Source: Octopus bimaculoides (Eukaryota). Taken from it: a stretch of 64,000 nucleotides of DNA. The DNA is taken from positions 89,558,581 through 89,622,580 of the forward strand of contig NC_068987.1 in the NCBI RefSeq assembly GCF_001194135.2, given 5' to 3'. This document shows, piece after piece, positions 13,201 through 25,000 of the stretch (positions are counted from its first letter, which is position 1; the number at the start of each line of letters is the position of its first letter). A program made the translations under genes and the position numbers. Under the pieces are notes generated by a model. That model searched no databases and was not told the DNA's origin. It saw only the letters and a list, made by a program, of their open reading frames with translations.

Positions 13201-16082
13201 TATTAGAAGGTTTGGAGGTGATGTACAGGTATTATATATTAGAAAAAATAATAAGGTACTCAGAGATCTAGATGGTTGTACATTTACAGATTTTTATTAA
13301 TATGTCACATGTTTTTATAAATCATATATTAGCGCTTGCATCTAGTACGTCATTTTTCTACATAAAGTCTTTTGTTGGTCATGCAATCCTTCACAGCTTC
13401 ATCCATAGGAAATTGACGATCTTGCAAACCATCTTCCATCAGTCCAAAGATATGATAGTCGGAAGGGGCGAGATCTGGGTTGTAGGCAGGGTGTTTCAGC
13501 ACCTCAAAACCCAATTGATTACTGTTTTCAACAGTCTGGGTGGCCATGTATGGGTGTGCGTTGTCATGCAACAACAAAACTTTCTTTGACAATAGGCTTT
13601 GGCATTTGGTGCAAATTGCTGGCTTCAGTTTGATGGCCAGCAAAGCACTGTATCTTGCACTGTTGGTCATACACCCCTTTTTCAGCACTAACAGCACCGT
13701 CCAAGCATGATCATTGCCAGAGCAGCTGTCTGGCTTCCATGCCAGTGGCATGTAAATAGCACCATTTGAGCGTGATCGTTTCCAGCGACGCCTTACTGGT
13801 ACTTGTGCTGGTGGCATGTGAAAAAACATTCGAGCAAGGTCGTTGCCAGTGCTGCTGCACTGGCTCCTGTGCAGGTGGCACGTAAAAAACACCATTTTGA
13901 GCGTGGCCGTTGCCAGTACCGCCTGACTGGCTCTCGTGCCGGTGGTACGTAGAAGTACCCACTACACTCTCGGAGTGGTTAGCGTTAGGAAGGGCATCCA
14001 GTTGTAGAAACTCTGCCAGATCAGATTGGAGCCTGGTGCAGCCATTTGGTTCACCAGTCCTCAGTCAAATCGTCCAACCCATGCTAGCATGGAAAGCAGA
14101 CGTTAAACGATGACGATGATAATGATGCTATATATATATATATATATACATACAAGGGGAAGATAATTTTTGATTTCCCCTTGTATATGCATGCATGTGT
14201 TTCTTTTGTCCTGACACAGCATGATAGTGGCAAATGAGTGTCACTGTAATACAAGAAATGTCATTCATTTTCAGTACTCTGTGAAATTTTACCAGGCCTT
14301 GGAGAAATATTACTTTATTTAGAAACAAAAAGAGAGTCGATGACAGGAAGGCATCCAACAAATTCTGTTTGACTCATGCAAGCATGGGAAAGTAGATGAT
14401 AGGATGACTGAAACAATCTGTAAATAATAAACATTTGTTAAGTTTCCACCTTGTGATGCATAAAAAAACTCTGCTTATTTACTTTTAGGTAATAAGTTGG
14501 GTTTTGACTTATACAACAGCAAGTATGCAATTGCCATATCCAATATCACCTTGTGCAGTGACTCTGGTTGCTTCAATCCATCAGAATTCAGCAGGTCTGC
14601 TAATCAGTTTGCTCCTATGTTATCTGGTTCCAAGTGCATGAATGTTGTCAACAAGGTAGGAATTCTTTATTTGGTATATAATTTTCCCTTTTACTATTTG
14701 AGAGTGAAACATTCAAATTTATTTTCTTTGTTTTTCATCATACTTGATTTCATGTTTTGTTGCTCAGGGTATTTTGTGATATTCGTCCAACCCATGCTAG
14801 CATGGAAAGCGGACGTTAAACGATGATGATGTATGTAGAAACTGAGGTACATCATTATTCACGTACTCTTTTGTTTGCCGTTTTTGACTCTTATTCTCTG
14901 GGCTCAGGCATAGTCATGGCCAAGTGGTGAAGAAGTTTGTTTAGCAATCGTAACGTTGCATGCTTGATTTCGCTATGTTCATCTTGAGCAAGTGTCTTCA
15001 TTCAAAGCTTCTGGCTGAACCAAGCCGTGTGAGTGAAGTGACTGCACCTTCACACATCTTCACCATCATTTTCTTTCTCTTCCAACTAAGATAACCGTAT
15101 ATCTCCCTACAGCATGACACCTGTACCTGTCCCTCTATCTTTCTGTAGCTTCTCATCAGCTGGCATCCCTCAGTACTATTCCCCCTTCATTTGATGTAGG
15201 GTTGTTGTCTTGTGAGTTACTTGATAATCTCACTAGTGTAAAAAAGCACCCAAGTACAAAGAAAAAGAAGTGGTTAGCATTAGAAAAGGCTCCCAGCCAT
15301 AGAAATCATGTGAAAGCAGACATTGGGGTTTGGTGCAGTTCTCTGGTGTGTTAGCTTCTGTTGAACTATCCAACCCATGCCAGCATGGAATATGGACTTT
15401 CACTGACTGCTGCTGCTGGTGATGATGATCTATTAGATTGTTTCTACTTGTTCTGCGATGGTTGACTTAATTGTTACCTGGTCTAAATGCTTGACTATTG
15501 AGTACTTTTAGCAGAGCCCACTCTGTTGCAATCGTTTGGACTAAGTTGTTCAGTCTGAAGATAGCAATATTTTTCTACATCCAGTCTCAAAAGACCTACA
15601 AGTGTTACTTCCTTCCTCCTTTAACTAAACCCTGCAAAACTATAAAAAAAATCTGTCCAGTTCCAAACTAGAATTTTAGTAATTACGTCATGACATAGAA
15701 TGGCCATCCCAGCCTCTGGATGGCCATTGATACCAAGAGAGGTAACTATCTCTTCATGGGATGAGTGGATGAGTTGGAATTAAAAAATTGAATATAAATC
15801 AAGGAATATGGAGAGGATACAAATTCACACATGTATGCGTTTGTATGTGTGTGTGTACATATATCATCATCATCAACATGGAAAACGGACATTAAGCAAT
15901 GATGATGATGATGCATATATGGGTACAAGACGTCACCAACAGTGCAAATTACATGAAATACATGAGCGAGGGAAAAAAAGAGTGAAATACATAAACAACA
16001 AGAAAAAAGTGGAAAACAAGACAAGTTAACACAGCTAGCATGGGAAGCGGACGTTAAACGATCATGATCATGATGATATATA

Positions 16083-16125
<43 letters not shown>

Positions 16126-18955
16126 ATTGTATGGGCAATAAATGGTCCAATAACATTTCTGATATTTTTTTAATACTTTTAATGTAAACAATTTTGCTTA
16201 CTTTGTGTAAACTATTCTTTTTTTTTTTTTTAGGTTGTTTATCATTTTATACACAACGGTACATATGGTATTATTTCAGTCCGTGTGGCTCTAAATTTGA
16301 TTGATTTGACACAATCTGATTTACCTTTTACTCAAACGTTTTCCACAGAATTTCAAGAGGTAATATTTTTTATATCATAATACTAAGAATAATTTTCAGA
16401 AAATTAATTACCAGATTTGATAGCATATATATTTTTTGTAAAAAATGGCCAAGTGACCAAGCTCCCTTCGAGTGTTGGGCTTCATGGAGGCAATGACCAA
16501 GATCTTAGCATTATGTTTGTGCTTGAGAAGAAGACCCATTAAGCTGAACAAAATCGAAGTCGTGGCAGGTACCAATATCACACAAATGCCACCCATGCTG
16601 GTGGCACATAAAAGCACCTGTTACATTCTCGGAGTGGTTGGCATTAGGAAGGGCGTCTAGCTATAGAAACCTTGCCAGATCAGACTGGATTCTGGCGCAC
16701 CCTTCCAGAGTGCCAGCCCAGTCAAACCTTCCAACCCATGCCAGCATGGACAACAGACGTTAAATGATGATGATGTCTCAAAAAGTCACTCTTAGTCTTA
16801 TATGCAAAGTTGGGCCTCTCAATGCATTAACATCTTTTTTTTCGTGTCTAATATGTCTGCGTCTTTTGTGTCATCAAATATGGCTATAGCTAAGAATCAT
16901 CATCACCATCATCATTTAACGTCCGCTTTCCATGATGGCATGGGTTGGACGGTTTGACTGAGGACTGGCAAGCCAGCAGCTGCACCAGGCTCCAATCTGA
17001 TCTGGTAATGTTTCTACAGCTGAATGCCCTTCCTAATGCTAACCACTCCGAGAGTGTAACAGGTGTTTTTACGTGCCACCAGCACGGGGCCAATCAGGTG
17101 GCACTACTATCTACCATGCTTGAATGGTGCTTTTTACGTGCCACCAGCACAGGAGCCAAATCCAAAATTACTTTATGACTTCAGTTCCACTGCATGGCAC
17201 CTTAGGCAAGTATCTTCTAATATTGCCTTGGGCCAACTAAAGCCTTGTAAATGAAATTGGTAGATGGAAACTGAAAGAAGCCCATTGTGTGTGTGTGTGT
17301 GTGTGTGTGCACTGGTGTCATTTAAAAAGCACCTGTACCAGTACCACATAAAAACACCCAGCACACTGTGAAGTGGTTGGCATTAGGAAAGGCATCCAGC
17401 CATAGAAACCATGCCAAAACAGACATGGAGCCCAGATAGCCTCTTCAGCTGGCCACAGCTCCTGTCAAACCATCCAACCCATGTCAGCAAGGAAGACAGC
17501 TATTAAATGATGCTGATGATGTGTGCGTGTGTGTGTGTATCATCATAATAATCATCATCATATCATCATTTAACGTCCATTTTCCATGTTTGCAATGGTT
17601 GGATGGTTTGACAGGATGTGGCCTGCTGGGGCACTGCCCTGGCTCCAGTTGTCTGTTTTGGCATGATTTCTACAGCTGGATGCCCTTCTTATTGCCAATC
17701 ACTTTACAAAGTATACTGGATGCTTTTATGTGGAACTGGTACAGTGTGTGTGTGTGCATTGTTGTGTCCCCCCACCCAGGTATTAGTGCGTTTATATTCC
17801 CATAACTTAGTGATTTGACAAAAGTGACTGATGTTTGTTATATTGTTGGTGACAATATATCGTGTGTGTGTAATAGTGTATCACAGCATCAAATATAACC
17901 GTATAACAATAAACAATGTAATAAGAGTTGGTTATCTTATTATAACTGTTTGCACAATAACACTCCTATGCAGAATCAATAACGAGACTGTCTACTGGTT
18001 CATCAACTTATAAATCTTGTCCAGTCCACGGACAGTCATGTGTGGGGGTGTCAGTTCACTCCACAACAATGTTTATCTCCATGATAGCATGAGTAAAATG
18101 ATCTTTAAAAATTTCCTTAAAATTAGAGCAATACTTCAACAGCTGGCTGCTCTGCCTCCTACAAAATTACTCAAGCATGAAGTGGAAGTAAAGCTTTTGG
18201 AAAGTTCTATCCCATCCCCTCAGTACACAGTTACTAAAGTAAAATTTGAACTAGTTCTCACATGATCCCCATTGCAACCATGTATTTTTAGGCAAGTGTC
18301 TTCTTTAGCCCTGATCTGACCATTGTCCTGTGAATGAATTTGAGAGATGGAAACTGAAAGAAGCCTGTTGTGTGTGTGTATGTTTGTGTCTCCTTCTCTT
18401 GACATCACATGAGTGTTGTAAATGAATGTCATTCATTTCTGATATTCTGTGAAACTTTGTCTGGCTGTTGGGAAATATTACTTTGCTTAGAAACAGATGG
18501 TGGTTGGCATCAGGAAGGAGGGCATCTGGCCATAGAAAAATCAACCTCAGTAAACTCTGTTGAACCCATGCTAATTTAGGAAAATGAACATTTAAAATGT
18601 AATGATGAAAATGTATACAATAAAACACACTTTTTCTTTTCATAAATTCAATCTAATCAATACAGTTCGTTTGTCATATGATTGGTAATGCTCTTTATTT
18701 GCTTTTCTTTCTTCAAATATATTCCTCTTTTAATAATTTTGGTAATATTTTTCAGTTGGAGGCAGAAGATAATGCATATTTCAAGAGGAGTGGTAACCCT
18801 GGTTACATAAGGGGTGAACCATTATTAGCTGGAACTAAAATTAATTTGCCAACAGGACGGTAAAGTTTCAATTTATTTTCATAAATTCTTCATCAATTGC
18901 CAAATGTTTTTGAAAGAATAATAGATAATGAAACAAAATAAAAACTTTACTTTAC

Positions 18956-19034
<79 letters not shown>

Positions 19035-22000
19035 CACCTACCTATCCATTTATCCTGTCCAGTCCTTTGGGCCACTTCTCTTATGTTCACCTTCCTCTAA
19101 TGTGAGGGTTTGCCCTGATACCTCCTCACCATTTTCTCTCCTTTCCCAACTTGGGTAATCATTTATCTCTTCTACTCATCACTTGGTATAAAGCCATCTC
19201 CCTCAATACTGTCCCCACCTCAGCTATGGGGTCTTTTTTGTGAGTTACAAAATATCACTCATATTATCTTTTAATTGATTAAATGAATCTTATATTATCT
19301 TTTAATTGGTTAAATGAATTTTTGCTATTTTCATACATTCACAAAATGTCAATGCTGAAGACTAGAGGCCAGATGTCATCCCACTTGAGCCAGTTAATTG
19401 GTACAGGGGAAAGAGCTTCCTGTATTAGAGCTTCCAACAGTGAGAGACATTTTAAGACTTAGGTTACTACTTCGGGAACAAAATTCAAATGACAGAAGGA
19501 ATTATATAGTTAAGGAACTCATACATAATATAATGCCCCATCTTCTGTGTCAGTGGACAAAGGCTAATACACAATTCAAACTGCCAGTGATCATACAGTG
19601 TTGAACAATTGAGCTAAATCTAGTGGTACTGTGGCGGAAAGCAGTACACACATCACTTGGTAAAGGAAACTTGGCAATGAAAAATGCTTTTCTACACTCA
19701 CTTGGTACACTGTTCGGTATTTTGAGCTGCAGTTTTTTCCATAATTTTGTGTTCAAAAGGGGAATGTTCCCCAACTGGTAAGAAGAGGAAATCATTCTCA
19801 CATTGACTGTCGTTGCTCTCGTGAAAAGAAGATACCTTCTCTGGAGCTAAATTTCATAAGCTCACAGAGGACAAAGGTAGGAGGCCAAGGCAGCATGCAA
19901 ATGGGATTCAACTGATTATAAAGAAAGAGACAGATTTCTACTGAAAAAGGAAAGGCCTTGTCAGAGAGAGAAGGAAGAAAAGAAGGGAATGAAGAGTGAA
20001 ATCATGCAAAGAGAAGAACAGCCATGTTTGTCAGTTGTTTGGTTAATCTTTTGAAGAGAATGAAGTAATGTCAGATGAAAATTCTAAGGAATCTTCTGAA
20101 GCCATAACAAAGAGAAGAAAATGCAATACAAGAGACAGTTCAAACATTGCATTAGTGTTATTTAAAATTTTTTTTCTTTCCAGAATTTTGTTTTATATGC
20201 TAAAAGGCAACAATAAATTACTACCAAGATTGAAAATTATGAATTTTCCTATTTACTCCCCAAAATTGACACACCTTAATCTTCAGCACATAATACCTGA
20301 TGCCTCTTCTTCACTGTCAGGTGTCTCTTACATGGAGTTAGACAGAAAAATAGTGAAGATCTGCATGGCACTTCGGGCAAGTGTCTTCTAATATATACCC
20401 AGGCTGACCAAAGCCTTGTGAGTGGATTTGGCTGAGAGAAACTGAAAGAAGCTTGTTAAGAGGTGATGATGATGATTGTAGATTAAGATGAACTAATATC
20501 ATTCCCCTTTTTGTATATTTGATGTATTCTTTCAGTTCCATAATTAACTTAAGCTCTGATCGAACCAATTGGCTTACAATTCCACAACCTTCACCTGATG
20601 GTTCCTGCTCTGGTAAAAGTCGAGTTCCTGTTACTTTTGGTGTTGATATGCGATCTGGTTGTTTCTTAAAGTAAGTCACTTCACTAAACTTTCAAAACAC
20701 AGGAAACGATGATCCTGAGTGAATCTACAAAGTTATACCTTTATAAAATTTATGTTGTAGCTAAGTATTTCCACTGGCACCAACTAAACCCTAAAATAGA
20801 TGGGAGGCCTTTAGTTTTCAGATCAGGGGTTTAAGTGCTGGCATGGCTGTGTGATGAGAAGTTTGCTTCTCAACTATGTAGTCTTGGGTTCAGTTCCACG
20901 GCATGGTACCCTGGGCAAATGTCTTCTGTTATAGCCCTGAGCCAACTAAAGCCTTGTGAGAGGATTTGGTAGATGAAAACTGAAAGAAGCCCATCATGTA
21001 CACATATATATGTATATTTGTGTGTGTGTGTGTATGGAAAATAGACTCCATCAAATGCCAGCGGGGAAAACTAGAAGTAGTTGATAGCTTCTGTTACCTA
21101 GGTGACCAAGTCAAGAGTGGAGGTGGATGCTCCGAGAGCATAGCTGCTAGAATAAAAATAGGCTGGGCAAATTTCAGAGAGCTCCTACCTCTGTTGGTCA
21201 CAAAGGGCTTTTCCCTCAGATTGAAGGGCAGATTGTACAATGCCTGTGTGCAAACAGCCATGCTACATGGCAGTGAAACACGGGCTGTGACCACGAAGGA
21301 CATGTGACAGTGTGAAGGAAATGAAGCTAGTATACTCCGCTGGATGTGCAATGTCAATGTGCATGCATGACAGAGTGTAAGCACCTTAAGTTGGGCATAA
21401 GATGTGGTGCACAAGAGAGATGACTGTGCTGGTATGGTCATGTAATGCATATGGACGAGGACAGCTGTGTAAAGAGGTGCTAATCTCTAACCTGTGGAAG
21501 AGGTAGACCTGTAAAGACATGAGATGAGGTGATGAAGCATGATCTTTGAATGTTGGGCCTCACGGAGGCAATGACAAGTGACTGAGACTTTCGGCAATAT
21601 GCCATGCTTGAGAAGACTTGTCAAGCCATGTGAAATTGTAGTCATGACCAATGCTGGTGCTTCGTAACCAGCACGTAAAAAGCACCCACTACACTCTTGG
21701 AGTGGTTGGTGTTACAAAGGGCATCCAGCTGTAGATGCCATGCCAAATCAGATTGAAACCTGGTGCAACTTACCAGTTTTCAGTCAAACCATTCAACCCA
21801 TGCCAGCATGGAAAACATGTTAAATGATGATGATGATGATGATGATGATTATAGTTAAGATAATGGGATCCATAAAGGATCAAGGTATATTGAAAGAAGT
21901 CATTCAATCTAGCAACATCATCCACAGAGGCCAAAAGTAGCAGAACATACTTGAATAAAGCAGGCAGTAGACACTAAGTATGACATTTGACAGCAACTAC

Positions 22001-25000
22001 CAAACTAATAGAATATTAGCATCATTTAATGAAGATCCAGCTAATTATAATTCACGGAGGATAATTTAGAGCAAAACCTCAGATTAACGATACATGGGAT
22101 CTACTTCTTATTCTAAATTAAGATTGTATAATCTTCTTCACACCTTTAGAAGGATGGATAAAGTAAAAACATCATCACTTTCTGCAAAGATTTTGGAGTT
22201 AAAAAACAAAAATGTTGATTTTTATCTAAAGTGGAGCATTGTTAGACACACTAAATTGTTTGTTAGTGATAGATGTATGGAATTGTTGGAAATCTTAAAT
22301 CTTAAATGAAACAATTGTAGCAATACCAAATAATCCATTTGAATATTTTTATTGTGTAAAGACACATGGCTCGTTGGTTAGAGTGTCAGGCTCACAATCA
22401 TGAGGTAGTGAGTTCGATTCTGGGCTGTGTGTTGTGTTCTTGAGCAAGACACTTTATTTCACATTGCTCCAGTTAACTCAGCTGTAGAAATGAGTTGCGA
22501 CATCACTGGTGCCAGGCTGCATCAGCCTTTGTCTTTCTCTTGGATAACATCGGTGGCATGGAGAGGGGAGGCTGGTATGCATGGGCGACTGCTGGTCTTC
22601 CATAAACAACCTTGCCCGGACTTGTGCCTCGGAGGGGAACATTCTAGATGCAATCCCATGGTCATTCATGTGTGTGTATGCATGTGTGTCTATGTATAAT
22701 TGTGTGTGTAAACTTGTCTAGCCATCATGTAATGGTTGTAAATGAGCATCATGCATCATCATACAAGCAAGGTTGCTTGCAGCCTTCTGTAGAAAGCATG
22801 CTTAGCCATGAGAAAATATTACCTTACTTAGTAACAAGTGATAGTTGGTGACAAGGAGAGATCTGGCTGTAGAAAAACTGCCTCAGCAGGATCCATCTGC
22901 CCATGCAAACATGTAAAAGTAAATGTTAAAATAATGCATATTTTGTGTTGTTTTTTTTCTTCTCACTTCACATTTGGATCTAATCTATGTAACTGGATAC
23001 ACAATTGGTGAAATGTTATACGTTTATATCCTCATTAACTTTGTATGTTTCTTTGCCATTTCAGGTTTATCAGGTATTTTCTAGATGTCTTCTTTTCTTG
23101 TTTTTATCAGATTAAAACTATCTGACCTCAGTATTCAGTGCAAAAACCTTGAAGGAATGAGCAATATTCTGTGGCAACAAAATGCCACCCATGTAGCAAC
23201 ATTTGGTAACTCCCCAGTTGAGTTTGTTGCTGACTGGTTGACAATATTTGAACAGAATAAACCTCCACAGCCTCAGGTTAGAATCGATTCTATTTAGTAT
23301 CTACTAAAATTATAAAATCTTGCCTTTCTCTCTTTTTTTCTTTTCTTTTTTTTTTTGTCTGCCATGTTTTGTATAGACATGGGTGTGTGGTTAAGAAGTT
23401 TGCCTTCTGACCATATGGTTTCAGGTTCAGTCCATCTGCATGGCATCCTGGGCAAGTGTCTTCCATGCCAACAAAGCCTTAGGAGTAGATTTGGTAGATG
23501 GAAACTAAAAGAAGCTTGTCATTTGCATGTGTGTGTGTGTATCTGTGTGTGAGTATGAGTTGGTGTCTTGATATTGCATGGTAGTTGTACATGAGTGTCA
23601 GTGTTATACTCTGGTTTACACCAATCACTTTATTCCCCACCCCCACACTTTGTGCATCCATGCAGAGTCTCTACTCCCCATTTGCTCTTCTTTGGCAATA
23701 CCCTGCCACTTATATTATGACCTCTGTACCTTGATGGTATGCCCTGGCACTTGCCCTCATCTCTCTCTCTCTCTCTCTCTCTGCCTTTACTCTACAATCC
23801 CATTTATATTCTGATCCCTATTCTTTGTAAGTATGCCCTGACACTTTGATACCATCTCTCTCCTGCTCTCTCTTTCACTCTTGCTATCTTCCACTCTCTC
23901 TCTCTCTCACGCTTCTCTCTGGCTGGGTGACCATGTATGTATCTCCTCTACAGCAGCACACCTGTTTCTGTTCTCATTCTTGACCACTCTCTCTCTCTGG
24001 CTGGGTAACCATGTACCTCCCCTGCAGCAAGGCACCTGTTTCTGTCTGTCTGTCACACTAACCTTTTATCATCTAGCACAAGATCACCGCCTCCAATGCC
24101 CCTCCCCTCTTAAAGGATCTTTGTCTTGCAACTTACTTGATGACCCTGCCAGTGCTGGTGCCACATAAAAAGCATCCAATCCACACTGAAAAGTGGTTGG
24201 TGTTTGGAAGAGCATCCAGCTGTAAGAAACTGACTTCACCTGTACTGGTGCCATGTAAAAAGCACTCAGTCCACTCTGTGGGGTGGTCGGTGTTAGGAAG
24301 GGCGTCCAGCCATAAAAACCATGCCAAAACACACACAGAAGTCTGGTGCAGTCTTCTGTCAGGTCAGCTCCTCTCAAACCGTCCAACTCATGCCAGCATG
24401 GAAAGTGGACATTAAAAGACGATGACGATGATGATGATGACTGTTTTATGGCTGTTTCATTTGTTTCCAGTTTTCAATAAAAAGCATGTTTGGCCATGGA
24501 GAAATATTGTCTTACCTGGAAACAGGTGAAGATTAGCAACAGAGAGAGTATCTGACTGTAGAAAATCTGCCTCAAAAAATTCCATGCGATCCATACAAGC
24601 AAGGAAAAGCAGATTTTAAAACAGTGAGATGATAAGAGTTACAATAGAATGTACATAAATGAATTGTTACAGAATTTTTTAATAAATGTAATGGTTTGTC
24701 TTTTAATTGATATTATTTTGTTTTTTTTACTCAGTTTGAAGCACCAGACCAATGCACCCAAGTTGTTACAGGAATGCAGATACAAGTATTATATGCTAAA
24801 GTTGGATCCATTAATAATCCTCAGCCAAAGATTATTGGGGTTTCTTTAACCTATGAAAAACCAAAGACAATATCATTACAGGTATAATCTTAATAGATAA
24901 TTTAATTATCTAAATCAATAACTCAGTTATGTTTCAATTAATAACAATTCAATTCTGTCAGTCTTACGTTTGTTTTTAGTCTTATTTTGTCTCCTTAATA

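Noticed and set aside
19261-19320. ~31-bp tandem duplication ATATTATCTTTTAATTGRTTAAATGAAT
   Set aside because: Two AT-rich copies only, an ordinary slippage duplication.
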